A DNA stretch of 46,718 nucleotides from Candidatus Doudnabacteria bacterium RIFCSPHIGHO2_01_FULL_46_24. Lineage in GTDB: Bacteria; Patescibacteriota; Doudnabacteria; UBA920; O2-02-FULL-48-8. This document shows, piece after piece, positions 36,524 to 46,538 of the stretch; within the stretch, counting starts at the first letter, position 1, and each line of letters starts with the position of its first letter. The DNA is taken from positions 1-46,718 of the forward strand of contig MFEL01000001.1 in assembly GCA_001777575.1 (NCBI GenBank), in the 5' to 3' direction. A program made the translations under genes and the position numbers. A model generated the notes under the pieces. The model worked only from the letters and a program-made list of their open reading frames with translations. It searched no databases and was not told where the DNA came from.

Positions 36524-37417
36524 ATGGTTTATACCGAGATTTCCCGCAATAAACGGCGCACCGCTTTATTCATCACATTCTTCCTCGCCCTGATAATCGG
36601 CTTGGGATGGTTTTTTTCGTATTCGGTCAATGAGCCGCTGCTGCTGCCAATCGCAGTCGGCTTTTCGGTTCTGATGAGCTTAACCAGCTACTATTTTTCC
36701 GACAAAATCGTGCTAGCCATGTCGCACGCCAAGGAAATCAAAAAAGCCGATGATCCCGAGCTTTACAATGTTGTAGAAAATTTGGCTATCGCCGCCGGCT
36801 TGCCCACACCCAAGATTTACTTAATCGACGACACTGCCCCCAATGCCTTTGCCACGGGCCGGGACCCCAAACACGCGGTCGTGGCCATCACGACCGGGCT
36901 ACGGAGCAAACTGACCAAGCAGGAACTGGAAGGAGTCATGGCTCATGAGCTGTCGCACATTGGCAACTATGATATCCGCCTGTCCACCATGATCGTTGTC
37001 TTAGTGGGCATTGTCACCCTGCTTGCTGACTGGATGCTTAGGATTTCTTTTCACGGCCGGCGGCGAAGCCAGGAAGGCGGCGGGATATTGATTATAGTTG
37101 GCTTGGTTTTTGCTCTCCTATCCCCCGTTGCCGCAACCCTGATTCAGCTGGCGATCTCGCGCCGACGGGAATACCTGGCCGACGCTTCAGGATGTTTGCT
37201 TACGCGCTATCCTCAAGGGCTGGCTTCAGCCTTGGAAAAAATCGCGGCGGACAGCGAGCCGCTGGAAGTGGCCAACAAAGCCACAGCGCATCTTTATATC
37301 GTCAACCCGCTCAAAGAACACACCGGCCGGGACAAAATTGGCTGGTTCGCCGGCCTGTTTCAAACGCATCCGCCGATCCAGGATAGGATAACTAAGTTAA
37401 AACAAATGAACTTCTAG
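36524..37417 (+). CDS. htpX: Zinc metalloprotease HtpX (M48)
   Basis: The ORF track starts at TTG 36503. The first ATG is at 36524. HELSHIGNYD (HExxH), four TM segments. Confidence 0.9.
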   Translation: MVYTEISRNKRRTALFITFFLALIIGLGWFFSYSVNEPLLLPIAVGFSVLMSLTSYYFSDKIVLAMSHAKEIKKADDPELYNVVENLAIAAGLPTPKIYLIDDTAPNAFATGRDPKHAVVAITTGLRSKLTKQELEGVMAHELSHIGNYDIRLSTMIVVLVGIVTLLADWMLRISFHGRRRSQEGGGILIIVGLVFALLSPVAATLIQLAISRRREYLADASGCLLTRYPQGLASALEKIAADSEPLEVANKATAHLYIVNPLKEHTGRDKIGWFAGLFQTHPPIQDRITKLKQMNF

Positions 37418-37513
37418 TTATTCGTTTAAGGGTGACGATGCCCGTTTCGTCATACGGTTACGTTTGACGTCTAACTCTCAACGATACGGGTTTCGTTACC
37501 GACTAACGATAAA

Positions 37514-37930
37514 CTATAAGTCTAATATGCGCTTTATCACCTGGTTCCTGAATCCCTTTCTCGATAAACTTTGAGCCAGCTTAACCTTATCTGTTTCCTT
37601 TTGTTTTTCAACAAACCGCTCGGCAATTTCTTTTTCTTTCTCCAGCGGCAGATATTCCTTGAGCAAAGTTTCGGCTTCTTGGCTATCAATCCCCCGGCTT
37701 AATAGCTTAGCCTTAAGGCCGAAGAAGCCAAAAGTCTTGTACTTGATCAAACTATCCAAAAAGGCTTGGGCAAATTGGGCATTGTCAAGCAATCCTTCTT
37801 TGGTTAGCCTAAATATAACATCGTTAACTTCGCTTTGTTTATACCCCCGCAGCGACAATTTCTTGGCCAACTCCTCCGAGTGATGCAGCCGAATTTTAAG
37901 TAAATTTATGGCTTTATCGTAGGCATTCAT
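37514..37930 (-). CDS. recX: RecX family regulator
   Basis: 138 aa. Three-helix repeats. L..RGY...EV..V...L...G.LDD..FA..F and L.RKGF motifs. Confidence 0.8.
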   Translation of the reverse strand: MNAYDKAINLLKIRLHHSEELAKKLSLRGYKQSEVNDVIFRLTKEGLLDNAQFAQAFLDSLIKYKTFGFFGLKAKLLSRGIDSQEAETLLKEYLPLEKEKEIAERFVEKQKETDKVKLAQSLSRKGFRNQVIKRILDL

Positions 37931-37946
37931 GATTGCTTGACTTTTC

Positions 37947-37955
37947 TGGTATAAT
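37947..37955 (+). promoter_or_regulatory. Extended -10 promoter TGGTATAAT (clpC)
   Basis: tcTGGTATAATgt, about 45 nt upstream of the ATG at 38000. Confidence 0.45.
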
Positions 37956-37999
37956 GTAAGTACAGTATAACCTAATTAATCAAATTTCTAATACCTGGC

Positions 38000-40513
38000 A
38001 TGAATCACTTCTCTTACATTCTAGAACGGCTTTCGTCCCGAGCCAAGGGCGCCTTGGTCACGTCCCAGCGGCTCTCGGAAGAGCTTCATCACGACCATAT
38101 CGGCTCCGAACACTTGCTTTACGGCATCGTGGCGGAGATTTCTTCGTTCGCCTCGGAAATCCTTCTGAAAAACAAAGTCACGCCTGAGGTCGTGCGTCAG
38201 GAAGTCATCCGCCTAAACCAATTTCGGCTCATAGGCGGCATGGAAAACCCGCCCAAGCTATCCAATAATTTGCGGGAAATCATCGAAAAAGCCGCGATCG
38301 CGGCCACCCGCTACCAGTATCAATTCATCGGCACTGAACATTTCCTTTACGGTATTACCGAAATGAACAATGACGAAGCCCGCTCCATTCTTCTCAACCT
38401 CAAGGTTTCGGTCAACGAACTGAAGAAGAATCTTATGTCCATATTTGAAAATGTCTCCCGTTTCCCTGACCTTTTGAACGTGGATGAACCGCAGCTTGCG
38501 GACGAACGTCCGGCCAAAACCCCGGCACTGGATTACTTCACATCTGACCTGTCCAAAAAAGCCCACAGCGGCAAAATTGACCCTGTGATCGGGCGGAGAG
38601 CGGAAATTGAAAGGCTGATCAGCATCTTAAACCGCCGGACCAAAAATAACCCGGTCTTAATCGGCGAGCCGGGCGTGGGCAAGACCGCGATTGTGGAAGG
38701 GTTGGCTCTGGCCATTACCCATCACGAGGTGCCGGATTCGCTGTTAGATAAAAAAATCCTGACTTTGGACATGGCTTTGATCGTGGCTGGCTCCATGTTT
38801 AGGGGCGAATTTGAACAGCGGCTGAAGCAGGTTATCGACGAGGTAAAGGACAACTCGAACATCGTCTTATTCATCGACGAGCTGCACACCATTGTCGGCG
38901 CCGGCGCTACGACCGGTTCTTTGGACGCGGCTAATATCCTAAAACCGGCGCTGGCGCGCGGCGAAATCCGGGTGATTGGCGCGACCACTTTGGCGGAATA
39001 CAAGAAGCACATCGAGCACGATGCAGCTTTGGAGCGGCGGTTCCAGCCGATTTTGGTGGAAGAGCCGAGTATGGAAGAAACCGTGCAGATTTTATCCGGG
39101 GTCAAGCCAAACTACGAAAAGCACCATGGCGTGACCTTCACTGACGAGGCCGTCAAAGCCGCGGTTGAGTTGTCTGAACGATACATCAACGACCGCTTCC
39201 TGCCGGATAAAGCGCTGGACCTTTTGGACGAAACCGCCGCATACATCAAAACCATCAACGCCAAAAGCCGCTCGACTCGGATTGTCAAGAAAATCGAAGC
39301 GGAACTGCGGAAGCTGGAAGAAGAAAAAACCAAGGCCGTGATGCTGCAGGATTTCACCACGGCATTGCATCTGAAATCCCAGGAAGACAAACTGAAGAAA
39401 CAGAAAACAGAATACCAAAAGCTGACAGTCAAAAAACCAGGAACATCAATTGAAATCGGATCCGAAGATATCGCCCGGACTGTTTCCAATATCACCAAAA
39501 TTCCTCTCAATAAATTGGCCAAAAGCGAAATCAGAAAGCTCGTTAACTTGGAAAAAAACCTGCAATCGAGGATTGTCGGGCAGGAAGAGGTGGTCAAAAT
39601 CATTGCCTCTGCCCTGCGCCGATCCAGAGCCGGTATTACCTCGCCCAAGCGCCCGATCGCCTCGTTTCTGTTCTTAGGCCCGACCGGCGTGGGCAAAACC
39701 GAGACTGCCAAAGTCTTGGCGCAGGAAGTGTTTGAGGATCGCAACGCGCTGATCCGCGTAGATATGTCGGAATTCATGGAGCGCCACAATGTTTCGCGCC
39801 TTATAGGCGCTCCGGCCGGCTATGTCGGCTACGAGGAGGGCGGGCGGTTGACCGAGGAAATCCGCAAAAAACCTTATGCCGTCATTCTGTTTGATGAAAT
39901 CGAAAAAGCCCATCCCGACGTCTTCAATATTCTCCTGCAGATTTTGGAAGAAGGAGAATTGACTGATGCGGCGGGCAGGCGCGTAAATTTCCGCAACACG
40001 ATAGTTATCATGACCTCCAACATCGGTGGCGCGGATCTGACCAGGCAGGCCAGCGCGTTCGGTTTTGCGGTGGACAAAGAGCAGGATGCGGATGCCCGCA
40101 AACAGGCTGAAATTGAATACGAACGAACCAAGGAAAAAGTCCTGGACTCGCTGAAATCAGCCATGCGGCCCGAGCTTCTCAATCGCATTGACAAAATTTT
40201 GGTTTTCCGGCCGCTGACCATGGAAGAAATAAAAAAAATCGCCCAGATCCAACTTAACGATCTCGCTGATCACGTCCTCAAACAACAAAACATCCAACTC
40301 GCTTTTGAGCGTGAATTGGTTAAATATATCGCGGACAAAAGCTTCGACGCGGTGCAGGGAGCAAGATTGATCCGCAAAAAAATCCAGGAAACGATCGAAG
40401 ATCCGCTGGCCGAAAAAATTATCAGCGGTGAAATCCTTCCAAGCAGCGAGGTTCGGGTCTCAATGGAAAACGGTTCGGTGAAAATCCGCCAGCTGGACTT
40501 GGCTCGGGCCTAA
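38000..40513 (+). CDS. clpC: ATP-dependent Clp protease ATP-binding subunit (ClpC-type, two AAA+ modules)
   Basis: 837 aa. Clp_N repeats, Walker A GEPGVGKT and GPTGVGKT, short middle domain, ClpB_D2-small. Confidence 0.9.
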   Translation: MNHFSYILERLSSRAKGALVTSQRLSEELHHDHIGSEHLLYGIVAEISSFASEILLKNKVTPEVVRQEVIRLNQFRLIGGMENPPKLSNNLREIIEKAAIAATRYQYQFIGTEHFLYGITEMNNDEARSILLNLKVSVNELKKNLMSIFENVSRFPDLLNVDEPQLADERPAKTPALDYFTSDLSKKAHSGKIDPVIGRRAEIERLISILNRRTKNNPVLIGEPGVGKTAIVEGLALAITHHEVPDSLLDKKILTLDMALIVAGSMFRGEFEQRLKQVIDEVKDNSNIVLFIDELHTIVGAGATTGSLDAANILKPALARGEIRVIGATTLAEYKKHIEHDAALERRFQPILVEEPSMEETVQILSGVKPNYEKHHGVTFTDEAVKAAVELSERYINDRFLPDKALDLLDETAAYIKTINAKSRSTRIVKKIEAELRKLEEEKTKAVMLQDFTTALHLKSQEDKLKKQKTEYQKLTVKKPGTSIEIGSEDIARTVSNITKIPLNKLAKSEIRKLVNLEKNLQSRIVGQEEVVKIIASALRRSRAGITSPKRPIASFLFLGPTGVGKTETAKVLAQEVFEDRNALIRVDMSEFMERHNVSRLIGAPAGYVGYEEGGRLTEEIRKKPYAVILFDEIEKAHPDVFNILLQILEEGELTDAAGRRVNFRNTIVIMTSNIGGADLTRQASAFGFAVDKEQDADARKQAEIEYERTKEKVLDSLKSAMRPELLNRIDKILVFRPLTMEEIKKIAQIQLNDLADHVLKQQNIQLAFERELVKYIADKSFDAVQGARLIRKKIQETIEDPLAEKIISGEILPSSEVRVSMENGSVKIRQLDLARA

Positions 40514-40516
40514 CTT

Positions 40517-41215
40517 ATGCTGGAAAAGCTCAAAAAACTAGGCCGAGAAATTACGGACCTGCTCTTTCCTATATCGTGCCTGATATGCGGTAAGCCAAAT
40601 GTTTATTTGTGCACCCCTTGCTCAGCCAAGCTGCCCAGGCAAAAACAACAGTGCCTGTCTTGTCAGAAACCATCGGCATTCGGCAAAACGCATGCCAATT
40701 GCCTGACTAAAAACACGTTAGATGGATTCATCACGTCTCTGCCCTACTCGCATCCTGACATCAAGAAACTGATCCAGGTATTTAAGTTCGACCTGGTTGA
40801 TTCCCTCGCCGAGACCCTCGGCAACATCATGGCTGATGAGATCGAACGGCAGGGCCTGCAAGATTATTTCCAGGAATTTGTCCTTTTGCCCGTGCCGTTG
40901 CATCCGCGCAGGCTCAATTGGCGGGGCTTTAATCAAGCCGAACTTTTGGCGCAAAAAATTTCTCAAAGGTTCAGCACGATTATTGATCAATCCCTGCTCA
41001 GGATTAAAAACACCAAACCTCAAGCTGATTTAGACCGAGAATCAAGAAAAACCAATATTGCCGGCGCCTTTGCCTTGGCTAAAGAAATTGCCGGCAAAAA
41101 ATTCCTGTTGGTTGATGATGTAGCCACCACAGGAGCAACCCTCAGCGAAATCGCCAAGCTCTTAAAATCAGCTCACGCGTCAGAAGTCTGGGCCATCACC
41201 GTCGCGCATGGTTAA
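40517..41215 (+). CDS. comFC: ComF family protein (phosphoribosyltransferase-like)
   Basis: 232 aa. N-terminal Cys4 (CLICG...CTPC...CLSC), PRT motif LLVDDVATTGATL. Confidence 0.85.
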   Translation: MLEKLKKLGREITDLLFPISCLICGKPNVYLCTPCSAKLPRQKQQCLSCQKPSAFGKTHANCLTKNTLDGFITSLPYSHPDIKKLIQVFKFDLVDSLAETLGNIMADEIERQGLQDYFQEFVLLPVPLHPRRLNWRGFNQAELLAQKISQRFSTIIDQSLLRIKNTKPQADLDRESRKTNIAGAFALAKEIAGKKFLLVDDVATTGATLSEIAKLLKSAHASEVWAITVAHG

Positions 41216-41237
41216 TTGTCTCTTTCAGAGAGGGGCC

Positions 41238-41852
41238 TTACCGCAAAGGGACGAATGCAAACCCCGGGAATTCTTCCCGGTTTATTTTTGTCTCCGAAAC
41301 TTTGTCTATCTTCCAAACCGAATTCTCAATCGGCAACACCAGCCGGCCGCCAAGCTTGAGCTGCGCAAGCAGTCCTTCGGGGAGTTCATGAGCTGACGCA
41401 GAAACCAAAATTTTATCGAATGGGGCTTTCTGGGGAAAGCCGATTGTCTCACCCGCAGGCAAAATTTTTGCTTGCGGTAAATGATATTTAGCCAAATTGC
41501 TTCGGCCAAATTCCACCAGGTCTGGCACAATTTCGATCCCGAAAACCTGGCCGGTATCCCCTATGGCTGTTGCGAGCAAAGCCGTGGTCCACCCCGAACC
41601 TGAGCCAATATCTAAAATCTTCTCACCTGGCCTGGGATCGAGTAAGCTGACCATAAACAAAACCGTAGCCGGCTGGGAAATAGTCTGGCCAAAACCTATG
41701 GGTAAGGGGTAATCGCCATATGCATCATCGAAATATTCACCTCTGACAAAGTCCCTGCGGTCGATTTCATCAAAGGCCCGCCGAAGCTGCATAGACCTAA
41801 AACCCTGTGTGGATTCCAAGTATTCAATTAATCCTTTCTTGCCCATATTCAT
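41238..41852 (-). CDS. pcm: Protein-L-isoaspartate O-methyltransferase
   Basis: The ORF track extends to 41882, which is 10 nt from the divergent tRNA-Ser. Homology starts near MNMGKKGLIEYL (ATG at 41850-41852 or 41844-41846). GQTISQP and ILDIGSGSGW motifs. Confidence 0.85.
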   Translation of the reverse strand: MNMGKKGLIEYLESTQGFRSMQLRRAFDEIDRRDFVRGEYFDDAYGDYPLPIGFGQTISQPATVLFMVSLLDPRPGEKILDIGSGSGWTTALLATAIGDTGQVFGIEIVPDLVEFGRSNLAKYHLPQAKILPAGETIGFPQKAPFDKILVSASAHELPEGLLAQLKLGGRLVLPIENSVWKIDKVSETKINREEFPGFAFVPLR

Positions 41853-41892
41853 ATTCTGCGCTAAAATTATCTGTAACTTCAAGTGGCATTAT

Positions 41893-41982
41893 GGAGAGGT
41901 GCGTGAGCGGCTTAAACGAAAGGTTTGCTAAACCTTGACCCCTTCGGGGGTCTCGTGGGTTCGAATCCCACCCTCTCCGCCA
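41893..41982 (+). tRNA. tRNA-Ser (GCT)
   Basis: Acceptor ggagagg/cctctcc, anticodon stem aaggt/acctt with loop ttGCTaa, long variable arm, T arm gtggg ttcgaat cccac, CCA encoded. 90 nt. Confidence 0.9.
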
Positions 41983-42045
41983 AAATTTGGCGGTTTTGTT
42001 TTGCTTGTCTCTTGTAACAAATTGTGGAATAATCCGTCTTAACCT

Positions 42046-42609
42046 ATGACAGAACCGGAGCTTACAAACATCATCATTCGGGCGCAACAAGGCGATCGCG
42101 ATGCTTTTGGCCTGATTTTCGAAGAGTATTCCCACAAAATTTACAAATTTATATTCCTCCGGGTCCGGCACAGGGAGGTTTCGGAAGACATTCTCTCCGA
42201 CACTTTCATCAAAGCCTGGATCAAGCTTTCCCAGATTACCTCTCAAAAAGCCCTGGTCAGCTGGCTTTATCGGGTCGCGTCCAACAACATCATCGACTAC
42301 TATCGCCTCCGAAAAGAAACTGCGACTCTGGAAGAAATCGAAAACCTGATCGAAGACTCATATAATCCTGTGAAAGAAACGGACCTCAGCCTCGATCAAA
42401 AACGAATGCTGGAATTGATGAGGCATTTGCCGAAAGAACAAGCACAAGTCATCCAATATCGATTCTTTGAAGACCTGACGAATGCCGAAATCGCCCACAT
42501 TATGGACAAAACCGAAGGGGCAGTAAGAGTTGTCCAGCACCGAGCCATCAATAATCTCAAACAGCTTCTCAACAAGCAAAACCATGAAAAAAAGCATAAA
42601 GCAAATTGA
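42046..42609 (+). CDS. ECF-type sigma-70 family RNA polymerase sigma factor
   Basis: 187 aa. Region 2 (FGLIFEEYSHKIYKFIFLRV...DI.SDTFIKAW) and region 4 (QVIQYRFFEDLTNAEIAHIMDKTEGAVRVVQHRAI). Confidence 0.88.
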   Translation: MTEPELTNIIIRAQQGDRDAFGLIFEEYSHKIYKFIFLRVRHREVSEDILSDTFIKAWIKLSQITSQKALVSWLYRVASNNIIDYYRLRKETATLEEIENLIEDSYNPVKETDLSLDQKRMLELMRHLPKEQAQVIQYRFFEDLTNAEIAHIMDKTEGAVRVVQHRAINNLKQLLNKQNHEKKHKAN

Positions 42610-43366
42610 ACAATTGCTTTACTCCATGCCCAAGACCCCGGTTGAGCAGTTTGATTTTATGCGCGTGAAAAACCAAATTTTAGACCGGATTTCAATTCCA
42701 GTTGAAGCTGCAGTACCGGCCTCAGGCACGCTAGCCGCTTTTCTCCCGCGCCTGCTTAAAATTTCCGCTGCCACTCTGGGCAGCCTGCTCATCGTGATAA
42801 GCCTGGCTCTGGGCACTGCGGTGGCGGCTTTGGAAAGCACTCCTGGCCAGCCGATTTACCCGCTTAAGAAAGTGGTGGAAAATATCCAGTTAAGAATGGC
42901 CTCTGACGAAGACGAGGCCGCTAATCTGCAGATCAAGTTCGCCAACAAGCGACTGGAAGAGCTGGAAAAAGTCTTGGAACAAAACAAGGCTGGCGAGGCA
43001 TCCGAAGCAGAAGTTTCAAAAGCCGTCGCTGACTTACAAAAAACTACGAAAGCCGCAGTGACCGCGTCCGGCAAAACCAAATCAGCCCAGCCAAAAGTCG
43101 CAGTGCTAACCAAGCTGGTCGCCCAATCCGCGGTGCTGAAAAGCGCGGCAATAGAATCGGAGGGTGAAGTAAAATTGGAAATCGAAAAAGCCTTGGAGAC
43201 TGTGATCATTTCCCAAAAGCAGGCAATCGAAAACATTGAACGGGCCGGGCTAAAAGTGGAAGCCGTGCCCATTGAAATCAACGTTGAACCTGCAGAAGAA
43301 GCATCTCCGGCAGAACAAACAGAAACAGGTGAATCTGAAGAAAAGGCAAACAAAGCTCGCAATTAG
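42584..43366 (+). CDS. Membrane-anchored coiled-coil protein downstream of the sigma factor (possible anti-sigma / DUF5667-like)
   Basis: The ORF track starts at 42530 inside the sigma gene. Preferred ATG at 42584 (MKKSIKQIEQ), overlapping the sigma stop by 26 nt. One TM helix and a long Ala/Glu/Lys-rich helical region. The role is inferred from position only. Confidence 0.6.
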   Translation: MKKSIKQIEQLLYSMPKTPVEQFDFMRVKNQILDRISIPVEAAVPASGTLAAFLPRLLKISAATLGSLLIVISLALGTAVAALESTPGQPIYPLKKVVENIQLRMASDEDEAANLQIKFANKRLEELEKVLEQNKAGEASEAEVSKAVADLQKTTKAAVTASGKTKSAQPKVAVLTKLVAQSAVLKSAAIESEGEVKLEIEKALETVIISQKQAIENIERAGLKVEAVPIEINVEPAEEASPAEQTETGESEEKANKARN

Positions 43367-43386
43367 CGGCGTTAAGCCAATAATTG

Positions 43387-43412
43387 TCCGCCTACGCTAA
43401 AGCTATGGCGGA
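43387..43412 (+). repeat. TCCGCC-loop-GGCGGA hairpin family, copy 4
   Basis: tccgcc tacgctaaagctat ggcgga. Confidence 0.6.
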
Positions 43413-43470
43413 TCTGCCGAAGCGCAAAGCGCGAAGGCTGAAAATTAAGAAAAACCTCATATGCGGAACA

Positions 43471-43496
43471 AGGCCGCGGGCAACCGCGGCCTTTTC
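43471..43496 (+). terminator. Rho-independent terminator after 42584..43366
   Basis: aggccgcgg gcaa ccgcggcct followed by tttcc. Confidence 0.6.
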
Positions 43497-43547
43497 CGTG
43501 GCCAGAAAAAATGATAAGATATGATGGCGGGAAAAACTGCTCTAGGG

Positions 43548-43637
43548 GGTGGGGTCGCATAGCGGTTTAGTGCACCGGTCTTGAAAACCGGAGTCGGTGA
43601 AAGCCGACCGAGAGTTCGAATCTCTCCCCCACCGCCA
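43548..43637 (+). tRNA. tRNA-Ser (TGA)
   Basis: Acceptor ggtgggg/ccccacc, anticodon stem ccggt/accgg with loop ctTGAaa, long variable arm, T arm gagag ttcgaat ctctc, CCA encoded. 90 nt. Confidence 0.9.
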
Positions 43638-43641
43638 AAAT

Positions 43642-44115
43642 ATGCCTCAACAAAAACAAACCATCATCTGGGAAGCGCCGGAGTTTCGGCTCCACAAAAA
43701 AAGCCCGGCTTGGTATTTGATATTCGGAATTATCGCGCTTTTGCTGATCGTGTTTGCGGCATTTTCCAAAAGCATCATGACTGTCATCACGTTTGTCTTG
43801 CTCATCCTCCTAAGCTACGCCTTCGCGGTCAAACCGCCAAAAAGCCTCAGGCACTCCATTGGCCAAGTCGGCATTAAAGTCGGCAATGTCGCTTACCCCT
43901 ACAAAAACATCAAGACTTTCTGGGTCGTGTATAATCCGCCGGATGTGAAAACCCTGAATTTCGAAACCACGGCATACCTCAACAATCCCGTGAGTGTTGA
44001 GCTTGGTGACCAGGACCCGGTGGAAGTCAAGATGCTGCTGAAAAATTTTTTGGTCGAGGACTTGGAACGGGAAGAATCGTTAAGCGAAGTCATCGCGAGA
44101 AAAGCCAGATTTTAA
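43642..44115 (+). CDS. Two-TM membrane protein, unknown function, wedged between two tRNA genes
   Basis: The ORF track starts at 43597 inside tRNA-Ser. The ATG at 43642 (MPQQKQTIIWEAPEF) lies 4 nt after the tRNA-Ser CCA. The stop at 44115 lies 5 nt before tRNA-Arg. Confidence 0.65.
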   Translation: MPQQKQTIIWEAPEFRLHKKSPAWYLIFGIIALLLIVFAAFSKSIMTVITFVLLILLSYAFAVKPPKSLRHSIGQVGIKVGNVAYPYKNIKTFWVVYNPPDVKTLNFETTAYLNNPVSVELGDQDPVEVKMLLKNFLVEDLEREESLSEVIARKARF

Positions 44116-44120
44116 TTTAT

Positions 44121-44195
44121 GCGCCCGTCGTTCAACGGATAGGACGCAGGATTGCGGATCCTGCAATCGAGGTTCGATTCCTCGCGGGCGCACCA
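44121..44195 (+). tRNA. tRNA-Arg (GCG)
   Basis: gcgcccg tc gttc aacggata ggac g cagga ttGCGga tcctg caat cgagg ttcgatt cctcg cgggcgc a cca. 75 nt. Confidence 0.85.
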
Positions 44196-44263
44196 GACAG
44201 GAAAAGCTACTTTGCGGCAAATGCTTCGAGAATATCTAAAAGACAAAAACAATAAAAAATAAA

Positions 44264-44272
44264 TGTTATAAT
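44264..44272 (+). promoter_or_regulatory. Extended -10 promoter TGTTATAAT (recG)
   Basis: aaTGTTATAATta, about 24 nt upstream of the ATG at 44296. Confidence 0.45.
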
Positions 44273-44295
44273 TAAGGCGGCACAAGCCGCTTTTT

Positions 44296-46323
44296 ATGGA
44301 CCTCAAAACCCCGATAGAAAATTTATACCTAGTAGGACCTGCGCGGGCAAAAATTCTCAAAAAACTCGGAGTTCAAACTTTAGGCGACCTGCTTTATTAT
44401 TTTCCCCGCGCCCATCAGGATTTAACAAAGATCACCTTCGTCAAAGACCTGAGACCGGGCGAATTTTCCAATATCAAGACGCGCGTTTTAGAAATCAAAT
44501 CGTTCCGCACCAAAGTGCGCAAACTGACTCTGACGCAAGCCTTAGTCGAAGACGACACAGGCAGCCTTTTATGCATGTGGTTTAACCAGCCTTATCTTAA
44601 CAAAGTCATCAGGCCGCACGAAACCTTTCTTTTTTCAGGCAAGGCCGTGATCGAAAAAAACAAGCTGATGCTGCAAAACCCGATTTATGAACAGGAAAAA
44701 ACCGAACAGGTCCATACCGCCCGGCTCGTGCCAATTTATCCCCTCACTTCTCAAATCACTCAAAAACAGCTGCGTCATATCATCAAAACTTACCTGGATA
44801 AATCCACTATACCGGAATATATACCTGAGTATATATTGAAATCTGAAAAACTGTTGGACGAAGATGCGGCCGTCAAATCTTTCCACTTCCCGCCTGATCA
44901 AAGCTCGCTCAAACGGAGCAAAAACCGTCTGGCTTTTGACGAAATATTCGTAACGCAAGTCAGGGTTCTGCAAAATAAAAAACGGCTGCAAAAACAATCC
45001 GTTGTGCCAATATCCGATGACTCACGGTTGGCATCCAAACTCGCTTCGCTCCCCTTCCAGCTCACCTCCTCCCAGCAACAGGCTTTAGATGAAATCACAA
45101 CTGACCTCAGAGAGCCTTATCCGGCCAACCGCTTGTTGGAAGGGGATGTGGGATCAGGCAAAACCATTGTGGCAGCGCTATCCGTGTGGCTGATGGCCAA
45201 ACACGGCTTGCAAGCCGCGATATTGGCCCCGACCGAGATTCTGGCTGCACAACATTACAACAATTTGCTTAAATTCTTCGCAGACGACGGTGTCGTGGCT
45301 TCACTTTATACCTCCCAAATTCAAAAAATCAACGGGTATGCCATGTCCAGGCAGTCGATTTTGAATTCCTTGGCGGACGGCAGCAGCAAAATCGCTTTCG
45401 GCACCCATGCTTTGCTTGAAAAAAAGATAAAATTCAAGAATTTATCTTTGGTGGTGATCGACGAACAGCATCGCTTCGGCGTAGAGCAACGTTCCGTTCT
45501 TAAAAATCTGCACAACACGCATCTGTTGACAATGAGCGCCACCCCCATCCCCCGCACCCTGGCGCTGACCCTCTACGGCGATTTGGACATTTCCATGCTC
45601 AAGGAACTGCCGGCGGGTCGGCAGGCAATCTGGACCAAGATCGGAACTGAGGAGAACCGAAGTCAAGCCTATGAGTTTATAAAAAAACAAACCCAAGCCG
45701 GCAGGCAGGCATTCGTCATCTGCCCGCGCGTGGAAGAATCCGACAAGTTAGGAGTTAAGTCTGCGACTGCCGAATACAAAAAATTGGCCTATGAAGTTTT
45801 TCCCCAACTGACCGTTGGCCTCTTGCACGGCAAACTTAAGGCTTCCGAAAAAGAAGCCGTGATGCAGGCTTTCAAAGACAATGAAATCAATATCCTGGTG
45901 GCCAGCTCGGTTGTCGAAGTAGGTGTGGATGTGCCCAATGCCACGATCATGATGATCGAAGGATCGGAGCGGTTTGGGCTGGCCCAACTGCACCAATTCC
46001 GCGGCCGCGTGGGGCGCAGTTCACACAAATCCTATTGTTTCCTGTTCACGACCGATCCTGAAAATCCGCGCCTGCAAGCCTTGATTGAAAGTCAAAATGG
46101 CTTTGATCTGGCCGAGAAAGACCTCCAAATCCGAGGCTTGGGCGACCTTTATGGCACAGAACAATCAGGCTACAACTTTCGCATCGCCACGCTTTCGAAC
46201 CTGGAAATGGTGCAGCGTTCTAGAACTCTTGCCGAGCAGCTCTTGGCTTCTGACCCAAGCTTGAGCAACTATCCTCTGCTGAAGCAAAAAATTGAGGCCC
46301 AGCCCGAGGTGCACTTGGAATAG
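44296..46323 (+). CDS. recG: ATP-dependent DNA helicase RecG
   Basis: 675 aa. Wedge/OB N-terminus, helicase motifs GDVGSGKT, VIDEQHRFG, TATPIPRT, QLHQFRGRVGR. Confidence 0.93.
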   Translation: MDLKTPIENLYLVGPARAKILKKLGVQTLGDLLYYFPRAHQDLTKITFVKDLRPGEFSNIKTRVLEIKSFRTKVRKLTLTQALVEDDTGSLLCMWFNQPYLNKVIRPHETFLFSGKAVIEKNKLMLQNPIYEQEKTEQVHTARLVPIYPLTSQITQKQLRHIIKTYLDKSTIPEYIPEYILKSEKLLDEDAAVKSFHFPPDQSSLKRSKNRLAFDEIFVTQVRVLQNKKRLQKQSVVPISDDSRLASKLASLPFQLTSSQQQALDEITTDLREPYPANRLLEGDVGSGKTIVAALSVWLMAKHGLQAAILAPTEILAAQHYNNLLKFFADDGVVASLYTSQIQKINGYAMSRQSILNSLADGSSKIAFGTHALLEKKIKFKNLSLVVIDEQHRFGVEQRSVLKNLHNTHLLTMSATPIPRTLALTLYGDLDISMLKELPAGRQAIWTKIGTEENRSQAYEFIKKQTQAGRQAFVICPRVEESDKLGVKSATAEYKKLAYEVFPQLTVGLLHGKLKASEKEAVMQAFKDNEINILVASSVVEVGVDVPNATIMMIEGSERFGLAQLHQFRGRVGRSSHKSYCFLFTTDPENPRLQALIESQNGFDLAEKDLQIRGLGDLYGTEQSGYNFRIATLSNLEMVQRSRTLAEQLLASDPSLSNYPLLKQKIEAQPEVHLE

Positions 46324-46334
46324 ACGCTGCTAAG

Positions 46335-46432
46335 CCCATCCCGGGCTTGACGTGTCCCAGACCTGATCTGGGATCCGGGATCTATATTAAGATCCCCGAT
46401 TTCATGCACTAACCCTCGCCTCGGGGATGGGG
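46335..46432 (-). repeat. Nested-palindrome element, copy 4 (inverted orientation)
   Basis: The reverse complement reads ccccatccccgaggcgagggttagtgcatgaaatcggggatctt aatat agatcccggatcccagatcaggtctgggacacgtcaagcccgggatggg. It starts 12 nt after the recG stop. Confidence 0.7.
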
Positions 46433-46441
46433 ACAGCCGCC

Positions 46442-46470
46442 TTGACCAAAGCATAATTATTCCGTAAAAT
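46442..46470 (+). promoter_or_regulatory. Sigma70-type promoter of the terminal G+C-rich ORF
   Basis: TTGACC, 17 nt, TAAAAT. Confidence 0.5.
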
Positions 46471-46538
46471 AAACCCCATAAAGTGCGGAGTGTTTCCGCA
46501 CCCCTTTCCAAAAAACCACACAGGGAGGATATCACACA

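Noticed and set aside
37418-37512. htpX-recX spacer as a fourth, degenerate copy of the IVS-like stem (it starts ttattcgt and contains aacgatacg)
   Set aside because: Only two short words match, and the intervening sequence does not form the long arm pairing. It is more consistent with the locus-specific word-repeat spacers.
165-46432. The dispersed palindromic repeats as a CRISPR array
   Set aside because: The copies are tens of kb apart, not regularly spaced with unique spacers. Each is about 95 nt with internal nested stems. No cas genes are present.
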